From NCBI GenBank assembly GCA_034406555.1, contig DASCRM010000013.1, forward strand, positions 1-59,299: a DNA stretch of 59,299 nt, read 5' to 3'. This document shows positions 42,157-52,369 of the stretch, piece after piece; within the stretch, counting starts at the first letter, position 1; every line of letters starts with the position of its first letter. The stretch comes from Dehalococcoidia bacterium (GTDB lineage: Bacteria; Chloroflexota; Dehalococcoidia; UBA2979). The position numbers were made by a program, and so were the translations under genes. The notes under the pieces are model-generated. The model had not been told where the DNA came from, searched no databases, and saw only the letters and a list, made by a program, of their open reading frames with translations.

Positions 42157-43031
42157 GCGACAGCCCGCGCAGTGCGCCGCCGGGCGCCACCCCGGAGTTC
42201 GCGGATCTGCTGGAGAGCTCCGAGTGGGTGGCGGCGCCATCGAACGGCGATCGCGGCCTCCCTCGAGCCGGCCAGATCGCGGGAGCCGTGCTTCCGGCGC
42301 TCGTGGCAGCGACGGTCGCGCTCGCGCTCTGGGAGCTGTCGGTGCGTGCTCGCGACATCAAGGAGTACCTGGTGCCCGCACCGACCGCCGTGGGCCGGGC
42401 GCTGCTCGATGACCCCTCGCGGTTCATCGAGGCGGGTTCGGTCTCGCTCACGCATGCGCTGGGCGGACTGTTGATCGGAACGGGCGCGGCCTTCCTGCTG
42501 GCCGTCGTGATGGCCCACTCACGTGTGCTGGAGCGCGCGCTCTTCCCGCTCGCGATTCTGGTGAAAGTGACCCCCGTGGTCGCGGTCGCGCCGCTGTTTC
42601 TGATCTGGTTCGGCTTCAACGCCTGGCCGAAGCTACTCGTCGCCGGGCTGATCACCTTCTTCCCGATGCTGGTGAACGCGGTGACGGGGCTACGCACGAT
42701 CGATCCCTCCGCGTACGACTTCATGCTCGCGCTCGATGCGTCGAAGTGGCAGGTGTTCTGGAAGCTGCGGCTGCCGGCCTCGCTGCCGTACGTGCTCGCG
42801 GCGCTGCGCATCTCCGTTCCGCTCTCGCTGATCGGGGCAGTAGTGGCGGAATGGTTCGCCGCCGACAGCGGAGTCGGGCAGATCATAGTGATCGCGAACG
42901 GCGACCTTGATACGCCGGTGCTGTTCGCGGCGGTGACGATGCTGGCGCTGATCGGGGTGACGCTTACCGGTGCGGTCGCCTATATTGAGCGCCGCGTGCT
43001 GTTCTGGCACGAGTCTTCTTCGGGCGTGTAG
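42153..43031 (+). CDS. ABC permease (NitT/TauT family)
   Basis: FFPMLVN...G, KLRLP.SLPY, GAVVAEW. Confidence 0.92.
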   Translation: MSDSPRSAPPGATPEFADLLESSEWVAAPSNGDRGLPRAGQIAGAVLPALVAATVALALWELSVRARDIKEYLVPAPTAVGRALLDDPSRFIEAGSVSLTHALGGLLIGTGAAFLLAVVMAHSRVLERALFPLAILVKVTPVVAVAPLFLIWFGFNAWPKLLVAGLITFFPMLVNAVTGLRTIDPSAYDFMLALDASKWQVFWKLRLPASLPYVLAALRISVPLSLIGAVVAEWFAADSGVGQIIVIANGDLDTPVLFAAVTMLALIGVTLTGAVAYIERRVLFWHESSSGV

Positions 43032-43107
43032 CGCCCGCGATCACATCGCGGATACACGTTCCGGCCAACTACGTAGCGCGTGTAGCGCCCGCGATCACAT
43101 CGCGGAT
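43024..43107. repeat. Two identical 30-bp direct repeats with internal palindrome (GTAG-type REP-like)
   Basis: GCGTGTAGCGCCCGCGATCACATCGCGGAT at 43024-43053 and 43078-43107. Confidence 0.85.
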
Positions 43108-43135
43108 GCACGCACCTTTCATAGGAGGTCGTTGC

Positions 43136-44143
43136 ATGCACCGACGTCTATTCGCGCTAGTCGCTCTCGCCCTTGTCCTCGCTGCCACACTCGCCGTCGC
43201 TTGCGGCGACGACGATGACGCTGGCGAGGTGGAACAGATCACCTTCGTCGCCGGATTTCGCCCGCAGGCCAACCTGCCGTTCGTCGCCGTCTACGTTGCC
43301 GTCGCGAAGAGCTACTTCGCCGACGAGGGACTCGAGGTCACGGTCGAGCACTCGCCGAGCGGCGGGCACCTCCAGCTGCTGCTGGAGAAAGAGATCGCCT
43401 TCACCACCTCCACCGCCGCGCAGGTGATCCGCCGTCGCGCGGATGAGCTGCCGGTGCAGGCCATCGCACTGTTCGGACAGGGCGGCGACCAGGGCTACGT
43501 CGTGAAGGCGGACTCGGGCATCACTGGCCCCGCCGACTTCGCCGGGCGCAGTGTTGGCTTCAAGGGCAGCGTCGTCCCGGCCGAGTTGAAGGCGATGCTG
43601 GCGACCGTCGGTCTGACAATCGATGACGTGAACCTGCAGAACGTCCCATTCGACGTGCGCCCGTTCATCGAGGGCCAGGTCGATGTCTTCCCGGTGTTCC
43701 TGAACAACGAGCCGTTCCAGATTCAGCAGCAGGATGTCGAGATCACGATCATCGATCCGACCGACTTCGGGGTGCCGAGTCTCGGCCTGACCTTCATCGC
43801 GCATCAAGACACGGTCAGCGACAACGCCCAGCTCGTGGAGCGCTTCCTGCGCTCCGCGTTGCGCGGCGTGGAGTTCGCGGCCCACAACATCGATGAGGCC
43901 GTCGAGATCACGCTGCAGTACGCCGAGGGTGCCGACCCCGTGCAGCAGCGCTTCTTGCTGGAGACGGACCTGGCAAACGCGCAGCGCGCAGATGGCATCG
44001 GTCGCACGACCGCCGAGCAGTGGCGAGCGCTGACCGACCTGCTGCTCCAGTACGAAGTGATCGAGGCGGACATCGATGTCTTGCAGGCCTTTTCTGGCTC
44101 TTTCGCGGACGCGCTCTACGATGGAAGTGGCCGCCTGAAGTAG
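43136..44143 (+). CDS. ABC substrate-binding lipoprotein (NMT1/THI5-like)
   Basis: LAVAC lipobox, YVA..K.YF..EGLEV, NEP; AGGAGGT upstream. Confidence 0.88.
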   Translation: MHRRLFALVALALVLAATLAVACGDDDDAGEVEQITFVAGFRPQANLPFVAVYVAVAKSYFADEGLEVTVEHSPSGGHLQLLLEKEIAFTTSTAAQVIRRRADELPVQAIALFGQGGDQGYVVKADSGITGPADFAGRSVGFKGSVVPAELKAMLATVGLTIDDVNLQNVPFDVRPFIEGQVDVFPVFLNNEPFQIQQQDVEITIIDPTDFGVPSLGLTFIAHQDTVSDNAQLVERFLRSALRGVEFAAHNIDEAVEITLQYAEGADPVQQRFLLETDLANAQRADGIGRTTAEQWRALTDLLLQYEVIEADIDVLQAFSGSFADALYDGSGRLK

Positions 44144-44165
44144 GGCGCCGCGACGGCGAGATCGA

Positions 44166-45149
44166 ATGACGGACGAACAGCCGACCGCTCCGTCCTTCGA
44201 CGATGTGCGGCGCGCCACCGAGGTGATCGCGCCGCATCTCTCGCTGCCCACCCCGCTCGTCTACTCGCCGTCGCTCTCGGAGCGGCTGGATGCGCACATC
44301 TCGCTGAAGCTGGAGTTCGCGAACCCAATCGGGGTCTTCAAGCTGCGCGGCGGCATCTTTCTCGCGAACGAATTTTCCGACGAGGAACTACGTGGCGGTC
44401 TCGTGACGGCCTCGACCGGCAATCACGCGCAGTCGGTCGCCTTTGCCGCGCGACTGCGAGGTGTCTCCGCGATGCTGTTCGTGCCGCAGGGCGCGAACCC
44501 GGACAAGATCGCCTCGATCGAACGCCTCGGCGGGACGGTGCGGCAGGTCGGGGAGAGGTTCGACGACGCCCGCCTCGCGGCCGAGGAGTATGCCGCGGAG
44601 ACGGGGGCGTTCTTCGTCTCGGCTGCGGAACCGCAACTCTTGGCAGGCGTCGGCACTGCGGCACTGGAGGTGCTCGAGACGCAGCAACCGGCGACGGAAC
44701 TGGTGATCGTCCCTGTCGGCGGTGGCTCCGGCGCAGCGGGCTGGTTGCTCGTGCGTGATGGGCTTGGCCACGCTGCTGAGGTGTGGGGCACGCAGTCAGC
44801 GCAGGCGCCCGCAGCGTACGAGTCGTGGAAGGCGCGGGAACCGGTCGAACGGCCGAACACGACGAGCGCCGAGGGGCTCGCTACCGCCGTCGGTTTCGCG
44901 CTTACGCAGGAGGTGATGTGGCGCTCACTGGACGACTTCCTGCTCGTCGATGACAGCGAGATCGATGCGGCGGTGGTCACGCTGCTGGAGACGCAGCACA
45001 TTCTGGCCGAACCGGCCGGTGCCGCGTCGCTCGCTGCCGCGTTGGGCGCGGCGGAGCGTGTGCGCGGGCGGCGGGTCGTGCTGGTGATCTCAGGTTCGAA
45101 CATCACGCTGCCCCAGTTGACGGCGCTGCTCGCTCGCGAGTCTGGCTAG
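44166..45149 (+). CDS. PLP-dependent threonine/serine dehydratase family protein
   Basis: LKLE..NP.G.FKLRG, STGNHAQ, PVGGGSG, EPAGAA, SGSN. Confidence 0.92.
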   Translation: MTDEQPTAPSFDDVRRATEVIAPHLSLPTPLVYSPSLSERLDAHISLKLEFANPIGVFKLRGGIFLANEFSDEELRGGLVTASTGNHAQSVAFAARLRGVSAMLFVPQGANPDKIASIERLGGTVRQVGERFDDARLAAEEYAAETGAFFVSAAEPQLLAGVGTAALEVLETQQPATELVIVPVGGGSGAAGWLLVRDGLGHAAEVWGTQSAQAPAAYESWKAREPVERPNTTSAEGLATAVGFALTQEVMWRSLDDFLLVDDSEIDAAVVTLLETQHILAEPAGAASLAAALGAAERVRGRRVVLVISGSNITLPQLTALLARESG

Positions 45150-46816
45150 GGCAGACTGATGCCCTTCGCGCCTCGACTGATTGGCTGAGACTGAAGCGGG
45201 CTGTCGAGGTAGATCTCGAACTCCCAGAACCCGGCCCCGATCGGGCCGTCCGTCTGGTAGCCGATCCACCACTTGCCGCTCTCGCCTCCTCGCCACAACA
45301 CGGGCGGCGACTGGTAGACCACGCGGCCGTCGCGGAAGACGATCCAGCGCAATCGGGTCGCGCCGCGCGCATCCGAATAGTCGAAGAGCGCCAGCAGCTG
45401 CGGCTCGAAGCTCGCGGGGAAGGTTGCGATTGCACCGGTGGCTGTGGCCTTCGCGCCGAACGCCAGCTCGTCGATCACCGGCTCGTCCGCGAGCGGGACG
45501 GCGATGTATGAGGTCGACGAGGCTCGTCGCGTGCCGTCGATCCAGACCTCCAGCACCCACAGCCCGGCCGGCAGCCCCCGTGCCTGCGGTGCGACCACGC
45601 GGTCGGTGACGACAGCGAATGAGCCGCCCGTCCACGTGTAGGAGGACGAGACGGAGTCCTGGAAGATGCCATCGAGGAACCAGCGCTCCTCAACGAGCGC
45701 GCCATCGTTCACGCGCTGCGCCGCGTATTCGTAGTAGATCGTGGATGGGCCAGACGGGAACTGCGAGGAGTAGTCGAAGAGGTCGAAGATGCCGTTGCTC
45801 TCTACTGCATTCTGCGCGAAGGCGGGGGCGGCAACGGTCACGCCATCGGCCGCGATCGGCTGCGCGTCGGGGACGGCCGATCGCTCGAGCGGCGGACGGT
45901 AGCGTGCCTCCGGCCCCGCGCCACGGGCGAGCGTGATCGACTCGTCGGCGAGGGTGAGCGGGCGAATCTGGGCCACGACTGCGTTCGGGTCGTAGCGGAG
46001 CTGGGAGGCGATGCCGATCAGTGCCCCGTTTGCGTCGAATGCGGGCCCTCCGGCGATGCCGTAGGGCATGCGAGCGTCGGTGCGGATCCAGGCGCGCCCG
46101 CCGGTCAGTTCGTGCCCCCCGAAGCCGCTGACGCTCGCCGTCGTCGCCGCGACCGCCTGCGACCCCTCGCTCGCTTCGCCGGGGTGGCCGAGGATGCGCA
46201 CCGCGTCGCCGCGCTCAAGGTCGTCTGGCGCGCCGAGGGTGGCCGCCGGGAGCGTGAAGTCGTCTGCACCGATCGAGCCGCCGCGGAACAGTCGCACCGC
46301 TCGCAGCACCGCGATGTCCCGCAGCGGGTCGGCGGCGACCAGCTCCGCCTCGAAGGTCAGCGAAGGCTCCTCGCCCGCCGCGCGGTTGATGCCGATCGCG
46401 ATCGACGAGAACGATGCGCTGCCGTCGCCGAGGTACGGATTGACGAGGGTGTAGGAGGTGAGAATCAGGCGGAGGTCCGCATCGATCACGACGCCCGACC
46501 CGTCGCGGACCACGCGCACGATCCCGGTCGTGGCGTTCAGCAGCTGGATCAGCACCACGGAGCGAGCCAGCTCGCTGTCCGGGATCACCTCGGTGGTGCC
46601 GTTCTGGCGCGTCTGCTTGCCGGTAGGGCTGACCGTGGTGGGGGCGAGGATCGGGGGTGCGATCACCGGCGTGGGGCTCGCCTCGCCGGACGCCGCCGTC
46701 GGGGCGCTGACGTCGCCCGGGATCAGACCGGCCGTGCCTGAGCACGAGAGGGCAAGCGCCGCCAGTCCGACCGCGAGGAGGGCGATCGCTCCGCGAGTGC
46801 GCGCGAATCGAAGCAT
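45146..46816 (-). CDS. Lipoprotein with trypsin-like domain lacking catalytic His and Ser
   Basis: LALSC lipobox; GSGVVID..ILTSYTLV, DIAVL, TDARMPYGIAGGP. Confidence 0.8.
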   Translation of the reverse strand: MLRFARTRGAIALLAVGLAALALSCSGTAGLIPGDVSAPTAASGEASPTPVIAPPILAPTTVSPTGKQTRQNGTTEVIPDSELARSVVLIQLLNATTGIVRVVRDGSGVVIDADLRLILTSYTLVNPYLGDGSASFSSIAIGINRAAGEEPSLTFEAELVAADPLRDIAVLRAVRLFRGGSIGADDFTLPAATLGAPDDLERGDAVRILGHPGEASEGSQAVAATTASVSGFGGHELTGGRAWIRTDARMPYGIAGGPAFDANGALIGIASQLRYDPNAVVAQIRPLTLADESITLARGAGPEARYRPPLERSAVPDAQPIAADGVTVAAPAFAQNAVESNGIFDLFDYSSQFPSGPSTIYYEYAAQRVNDGALVEERWFLDGIFQDSVSSSYTWTGGSFAVVTDRVVAPQARGLPAGLWVLEVWIDGTRRASSTSYIAVPLADEPVIDELAFGAKATATGAIATFPASFEPQLLALFDYSDARGATRLRWIVFRDGRVVYQSPPVLWRGGESGKWWIGYQTDGPIGAGFWEFEIYLDSPLQSQPISRGAKGISLP

Positions 46817-46979
46817 GGTCACAACGTAGCCGTGTCCCGTCGGGTAGGCCAGTGCACTGATCGATCCAACCACCACGGGTGCGCGCCGTCGAGGGTGATA
46901 CCCCTCGGTGGCGCCGCACCCGTGGTGGTTGGGCGGTCGCGAGGAAGCTGTCGTATAGTCCGCTGCGGCAGGAGGCCCC

Positions 46980-47792
46980 ATGACGACCAACGAACAAGAG
47001 GTCCTGTATTCGGTCGAAGACCGAATCGCGACGATCACTCTCAACCGCCCGGAGCGCATGAATTCGTTCAGCGGCGGGCTGCTTGATGGTTGGTACGATG
47101 GCATCAAGCGCGCGACCGATGACGACGACGTTCGCGTCGTGGTGGTAACCGGCAACGGCCGCGCTTTCTGCGCGGGTGCTGACCTGAAGGCGCGCGACGA
47201 GGAAGACACGGTGCTGCAGCAGAACCGCACGCCGGGCGAGCGTCGGAACTCGCTGCGCTATACGGTGCACCGCGTCCCGCAGGCCCTTCAGTACCTCGAC
47301 AAGCCGTACATCGCTGCGATCAACGGTGCGGCCGTTGGCGCGGGCATGGACATGGCCTCGATGGCGGACATCCGTATCGCCTCCGATGCGGCGCGTTTTG
47401 GGATGTCGTACATCAACGTGGGGCTGATTCCGGGCGATGGCGGAGGGTGGCTCTTGCCGCGCATCGTCGGCACGCCGAAGGCGCTCGAACTGATCTGGTC
47501 GGGCGAAATTTTCGGCGCGGACGAGGCATTGGCGATGGGCTATGTGAACCGCGTGGTGCCCGCCGATCAGCTGATGGACGAGACGTACGCGCTGGCTCGC
47601 AAGCTCGCTGACGGTCCGCCGATCGCGATGCAGCTGGCGAAGCGGCTGGTCTACCGGGCAGCGGAACAGACCTTCATGGAAGGTCTTGAGGCCGCGCAGG
47701 CTGCGATGACGATCGTGCAGTCGACCGACGATGCGGTCGAGGGGCCTCGCGCCTTCGTTGAGAAGCGAAAGCCGGACTTCGCGGGCCGCTAG
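46980..47792 (+). CDS. Enoyl-CoA hydratase/isomerase family protein
   Basis: LNRPERMN, AFCAGADL, INGAAVGAG, AFVEKRKPDF. Confidence 0.95.
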   Translation: MTTNEQEVLYSVEDRIATITLNRPERMNSFSGGLLDGWYDGIKRATDDDDVRVVVVTGNGRAFCAGADLKARDEEDTVLQQNRTPGERRNSLRYTVHRVPQALQYLDKPYIAAINGAAVGAGMDMASMADIRIASDAARFGMSYINVGLIPGDGGGWLLPRIVGTPKALELIWSGEIFGADEALAMGYVNRVVPADQLMDETYALARKLADGPPIAMQLAKRLVYRAAEQTFMEGLEAAQAAMTIVQSTDDAVEGPRAFVEKRKPDFAGR

Positions 47793-47989
47793 CGCGGGTC
47801 GCAGCACCGAACGAGGGCGCCGCCCCAGTCGCCAGGTTCAGGCCACCTCGGTCACGCCGCCTCATTTGCGGCGTCGGGAAGCCGAGGATTAGCAACTTCC
47901 CTACAATCAATACAAGCGAGCTTGATGCTCGTCTGTCACGGTCGATGGGCAAGCCATGCCCCTCGCGGGGCCGATCGACGAGGTGAGCG

Positions 47990-49213
47990 ATGACCGGTAG
48001 GAACTGGGCACAGACACTGATTCAGGCGGCGGTTGTCGTCGTGGCGATGGTGGCCGGCGGCGTCCTCGCCGTGAACTTCGCGGATGGCGACTCAGCCCCT
48101 GCGGCGACCGGTGCGACACTGGAGCCGGGTGCGACACAGTCGGTCTCACTGACCGCCACGGAGGCGCCAGCCGCGACCGCAGACGCCGCCGTTTCGGCGG
48201 CGGCGCTCGTGCCACTCGCAGACGTTGTGGACGATGTGAAGCGCTCGGTTGTTTCGATCCACGTCGTCGAGCAAGGGACGACTCAGACGCGATTCGGTGC
48301 GCGGGAGTTCCGCCCGGAGAGTGAAGGCTCGGGCATCGTGCTCGACAGCGAAGGTCACATCCTCACGAACTATCACGTGATCGAGGGTGCGGACGAGATC
48401 GCGGTCACGCTCTGGGACGGCACCGCAGTGCGGGCGCAGCTCCTGGGCGTTGACCCGGCGAACGACCTTGCGGTGCTGAAGGCCTCGTTCCAGCCGCAGC
48501 GGCTGATACCGGCCCGGATCGGCGACTCGGAAGCGGTGCGCCCGGGCGAGCCGGTCTTCGCCATCGGCAGCCCGTTCTCGTTCGACTTCAGCGTGACGCA
48601 GGGCATCGTCAGCGGGATTGGTCGCGAGACGAGCGCGAGTTCGACTGGGCGGGCGATCCGAGGGGTGATCCAGACGGATGCAGCCGTGAACCCGGGCAAC
48701 TCCGGCGGGCCCCTCTTCAACGCCGCGGGCGAGGTGATCGGCATCAACTCCGCGATTCACAACAACAACCAGGAGCCTGATGGCAGCCCGAGCAGAGTTT
48801 TCGTCGGCATCGGCCTCGCGATCCCGATCAACACGGCGATACGCTTCCTTCCGCAACTGATCGCCAGCGAGGAGATCGTCCACACGCAGCTCGGCATCGC
48901 GGGGGTCACGATCAGTGCGCTGAACGCGGCCGACGCGAAGGTCGGCATCGAGCGAGGCGTCTACGTCACCGGCGTTGGTGCGGACTCGGCGGCCGACCGG
49001 GCCGGCCTCATTCCCTCCGATCGCAACGATGGCGGCTTCTTGTTCGCGGGCGGCGATGTGATTACGGCGATCAATGGCGTCGAAGTGACCTCGATCGAGG
49101 AGCTGGCACGGATCGTCGATGGCCACGATGTCGGCGACGAGGTCACGCTCTCCGTCTACCGTGACGGGCAGACGATCGAGCTGGTCGCGACGCTGCTGGA
49201 GTGGAACGGCTAG
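47990..49213 (+). CDS. HtrA/DegP-like serine protease with PDZ domain
   Basis: TNYHVI, DLAVL, QTDAAVNPGNSGGP, PDZ GDVITAING. Confidence 0.95.
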   Translation: MTGRNWAQTLIQAAVVVVAMVAGGVLAVNFADGDSAPAATGATLEPGATQSVSLTATEAPAATADAAVSAAALVPLADVVDDVKRSVVSIHVVEQGTTQTRFGAREFRPESEGSGIVLDSEGHILTNYHVIEGADEIAVTLWDGTAVRAQLLGVDPANDLAVLKASFQPQRLIPARIGDSEAVRPGEPVFAIGSPFSFDFSVTQGIVSGIGRETSASSTGRAIRGVIQTDAAVNPGNSGGPLFNAAGEVIGINSAIHNNNQEPDGSPSRVFVGIGLAIPINTAIRFLPQLIASEEIVHTQLGIAGVTISALNAADAKVGIERGVYVTGVGADSAADRAGLIPSDRNDGGFLFAGGDVITAINGVEVTSIEELARIVDGHDVGDEVTLSVYRDGQTIELVATLLEWNG

Positions 49214-49250
49214 CGCCCCGCTTCGCCTGACCCGTCTGCACTGTCTTTGC

Positions 49251-49285
49251 GAACGACCCCGTCGGCTCAACCCCGGGGGTCGTTC
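49251..49285. terminator. Inverted repeat between convergent htrA-like gene and cobU
   Basis: GAACGACCCC...GGGGTCGTTC. Confidence 0.5.
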
Positions 49286-49286
49286 C

Positions 49287-49841
49287 CTATTCGCCGGGCG
49301 GCAGTTCCAGCGGCCGTCCGGAGACCATCAGCCAGGCCCGGGCAGCGTGCGCCGCGACTCGCTGGTTCGTCACGCCCAGCAGGTCGCGGTAAGCACGACC
49401 GAGCGCGTACTCAGGCACGACGCCCGCCCCGACCTCGTTAGTGACGGTGACCGTGGGGCCCTCGCGCTCGCTCGCTACGCGCACCAGCGAGGCGGCCTGA
49501 TCCAGCAGCGCCGTTTCCAGCGCCTCAATCGCCGCGACATCGGGCTGATCGCCCAGTGCCATCAGGCGGTTCGCGACCCAGAGCGAGAGGCAGTCGACGA
49601 GCGCGCAGGCGTCGCCGTCCGTGCTGGCGAGCGCCGAGCTGAGCTCGACCGGCGCCTCGATCGTCTGCCACGCGCTTGGACGGTCGTTGCGGTGGCGCTC
49701 GACGCGGCGGCGCAGTTCGTCGTCGCGCGGCTGCATCGTGGCGATGTAGACGACGGGCCGACCGCTCTCCCGTGCCAGCCCCTCGGCGAAGCGGCTCTTG
49801 CCGCTGCGCGCGCCGCCGGTGACGAACCAGAGGTCACCCAT
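49287..49841 (-). CDS. cobU: Adenosylcobinamide kinase/guanylyltransferase
   Basis: GGARSGKSRFAE, YIAT, VDCLSLW, NEVGAGVVP, RDLLG..NQ. Confidence 0.95.
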   Translation of the reverse strand: MGDLWFVTGGARSGKSRFAEGLARESGRPVVYIATMQPRDDELRRRVERHRNDRPSAWQTIEAPVELSSALASTDGDACALVDCLSLWVANRLMALGDQPDVAAIEALETALLDQAASLVRVASEREGPTVTVTNEVGAGVVPEYALGRAYRDLLGVTNQRVAAHAARAWLMVSGRPLELPPGE

Positions 49842-49847
49842 CGTCGG

Positions 49848-50621
49848 TCAGGTGAGCAGGGTGGGGTCGAGCCACCCTCGCGTACCGGCGGCGACGATCG
49901 CGAGCACGACCGTGGCCTGCGCGATCTCGATCGCCGCGCCGTACGTGTCGCCGGTGACGCCCTGCAACATCCGGCTGGCCGCGCCCGCGACGATCACCAC
50001 CGTCACCCCGGCGACGGCCACCAGCACCAGCCCCGCCGGGCCGAACAGCACGACGGCGGCTACGGCGACGATCAGCGTCGAGATTGGGGCAGCGAGGGGA
50101 AAGGCCGCCGCATGCAGCGCATGTCCGAGCCCTCGCCGTCGCGCCGGCGGAAAGAGCACGACGACGGGCACGACCGACCAGCGCGCGAGCGCCGGGGCGA
50201 GCATCAGGCCGGCGGAGCGCACTGGCGGGGCCATCGATGCCAGTCCCGTCCACAGCACGAGCAGCACGATCACCAGCGCCATTACACCCGCCGGGCCGAT
50301 GTTGCCTTCGCTCATCACGCCCAGCCGATCGGCGCGATCGCCCTGCAAAGCCATCCCGTCGGCGGTGTCGGCGACGCCATCGAGGTGTAGGCCACCACTG
50401 AGCAGCGCCACCAGCGCGACCTCCAGCGCCGCGGTTGGGCCGACGGGAAGCAGCCGTTCGAGCCCGCGATCGGCGAGCAGCAGCAGCGCGCCCATCAGCA
50501 GCCCGATCGCCGGGTACCACGCCAGCGCGGCGCCGAAGGTGGCGTCGTCCCACTGCTGCACGCGGCGCAGGCGCAGCGGTGTGAGGAATTCCAGTGCGAT
50601 CAGGGGCGATGAGAGCTTCAT
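49848..50621 (-). CDS. cobS: Cobalamin synthase
   Basis: FLT, GGLHLDG.ADTADG, GVTGDTYGA..E. Confidence 0.95.
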   Translation of the reverse strand: MKLSSPLIALEFLTPLRLRRVQQWDDATFGAALAWYPAIGLLMGALLLLADRGLERLLPVGPTAALEVALVALLSGGLHLDGVADTADGMALQGDRADRLGVMSEGNIGPAGVMALVIVLLVLWTGLASMAPPVRSAGLMLAPALARWSVVPVVVLFPPARRRGLGHALHAAAFPLAAPISTLIVAVAAVVLFGPAGLVLVAVAGVTVVIVAGAASRMLQGVTGDTYGAAIEIAQATVVLAIVAAGTRGWLDPTLLT

Positions 50622-50642
50622 AAGCCTGACCAGGTAGCCTCG

Positions 50643-51740
50643 CTACGCTTCGGGAGCGACGACATCGTCGGAGTTGTCGACGCCGGCTTCGTCGAAGGTC
50701 GCCATCTCGTCGAGCAGACGGCAGGCGGCGACGCAGATCGTGATGCCGAGCGCCGCGCCGGTACCTTCGCCGAGTCGCAGCCCGAAGTCGAAGAGCGGTT
50801 CGAGGCCCAGGTGATCCAGCGTCGCCGTGTGCCCCGGCTCGACCGAGAGGTGCGACGCGATCAGGTACGGCCGCACGGTCGGTTCTACGGCCTCCGCGAC
50901 CAGCGCGGCTGCGCCGGAGATCAGCCCGTCGACCACGGCCGGCACGCGCGTAGCTGCGGCAGCGAGGTAGACCCCGGCCAGTACGCCGACCTCGAAGCCC
51001 CCGATCGACGCGAGCAGCGCGACTCCGTCGGTCACGTCCGGGCGGTTCACCTCCAGCGCGCGCTCGATCGCCGCCACCTTCAGCTCGAAACGCTGGTCGT
51101 CGATCCCGGTGCCGCGCCCGGTCACCGTGCGCGGCGGGCGGCCGGTGACGGCGGCGACGATCGCGGCGGCGGAGGACGAGTTCGCGATCCCCATCTCGCC
51201 GAGCCCCACAATATCGACGCCCTCGCCCGCCTGCTCCGCCTCGAAGAGTTCGATGCCCGCGACGATTGCTCGCTCGGCGAGCTCGCGTGTCATCGCGGGG
51301 CCGACGGTGATGTCGTCCGTGCCGGGAGCGAGGCGCAGTCGGGTCAGGCCGAGGGCCGCGCTGGTCTCTTCCGCGACGCCCGCATCGACGACGTGCACAC
51401 GCGCCCCGGCGTGGTCGGCGAGCACGTTCACCGCCGCGCCGCCCGCTGCGAAGTTGGCGACCATCTGCGCGGTCACCGACTGCGGGTAAGCGGAGACGTC
51501 CTGCGCGGCGACACCATGGTCACCGGCCGCGACGACGAGCAGCCGCTGCTTCAGCCGAGGGCGATCGACGCCCGTGATGCCCGCGATGCGCGTCTCGAGG
51601 CTCTCGAGGCGGCCGAGCGAGCCCGGCGGCTTCGTCAGCCGGCCCTGCCGCTCCGCCGCTCGTGCAGCGGCCGCCTGATCGGGCGGCGCGATCGCGGCGA
51701 CGGTGCGTGCGATCGCCTCGGTAGGTGGCTGGCCGGGCAT
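50643..51740 (-). CDS. cobT: Nicotinate-nucleotide:dimethylbenzimidazole phosphoribosyltransferase
   Basis: LTKPPGSLGRLE, GDHGV, GEMGIAN, LRLGEGTGA. Confidence 0.96.
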   Translation of the reverse strand: MPGQPPTEAIARTVAAIAPPDQAAAARAAERQGRLTKPPGSLGRLESLETRIAGITGVDRPRLKQRLLVVAAGDHGVAAQDVSAYPQSVTAQMVANFAAGGAAVNVLADHAGARVHVVDAGVAEETSAALGLTRLRLAPGTDDITVGPAMTRELAERAIVAGIELFEAEQAGEGVDIVGLGEMGIANSSSAAAIVAAVTGRPPRTVTGRGTGIDDQRFELKVAAIERALEVNRPDVTDGVALLASIGGFEVGVLAGVYLAAAATRVPAVVDGLISGAAALVAEAVEPTVRPYLIASHLSVEPGHTATLDHLGLEPLFDFGLRLGEGTGAALGITICVAACRLLDEMATFDEAGVDNSDDVVAPEA

Positions 51741-52369
51741 CAGTAGTCGATCCCGGGCTGGGCCTTGATGCCCTCCTGGAAGGGGTGCTTCACCTCGGTC
51801 ATCTCGGTCACGAGGTCGGCGAACTCCACCAGCTCGGCGGCGGCGTCGCGGCCGGTCATGATCACATCGACGTGTTCGGGGCGGTTGCGCAGCGTCTCGA
51901 CCACCTCCTGCACGTCCAGCCAGCCGTAGGTAACGGGGTACGTGATCTCGTCCAGCACGACGAGGTCGTACTCGGCGGACTCAATCTTTTCGCGCGCCAG
52001 CGCCCAGCACTCGCGGGCTAGCGCCTTGTCTTTTTCGATGTCCTCGGAGAGCCAGGTGAAGCCGTCGCCGAGCGGGATCATCTCGATGCCCATGCGCTCC
52101 GCCGCGCGCGTCTCGCCGTAGTGCGATGTCTTCGACTTGATGAACTGGAGCCAGCAGATCTTCCAGCCGCGGCCCCATGCGCGCATAGTCACGCCGAGTG
52201 CGGAGGTGGTCTTGCCTTTGCCGTCGCCCGTGTAGAGCAGCACGAGCGGGTGCTTCTTCGGGAAGAGCCCTTCCCAGCGGCCCTGCCACTGTTCAACATC
52301 GGCGCCATCGCTCGCGTCGTCGTCCGGGCGATCGCCGGCGAACTTCTGCTCGGCCTGCTCGTCGCTCAT
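51740..52369 (-). CDS. cobO: Cob(I)yrinic acid a,c-diamide adenosyltransferase (BtuR/CobO type)
   Basis: YTGDGKGKTT, QFIK, LDEI, TGR, KHPF..GI.AQ.GIDY. Confidence 0.94.
   Translation of the reverse strand: MSDEQAEQKFAGDRPDDDASDGADVEQWQGRWEGLFPKKHPLVLLYTGDGKGKTTSALGVTMRAWGRGWKICWLQFIKSKTSHYGETRAAERMGIEMIPLGDGFTWLSEDIEKDKALARECWALAREKIESAEYDLVVLDEITYPVTYGWLDVQEVVETLRNRPEHVDVIMTGRDAAAELVEFADLVTEMTEVKHPFQEGIKAQPGIDY

Noticed and set aside
43024-43107. CRISPR array
   Set aside because: Only two 30-bp copies with a 24-nt gap and no cas genes in the window.
47885-47930. CIRCE element upstream of the HtrA-like gene
   Set aside because: TTAGCAAC lacks a matching GAGTGCTAA arm at 9-nt spacing.
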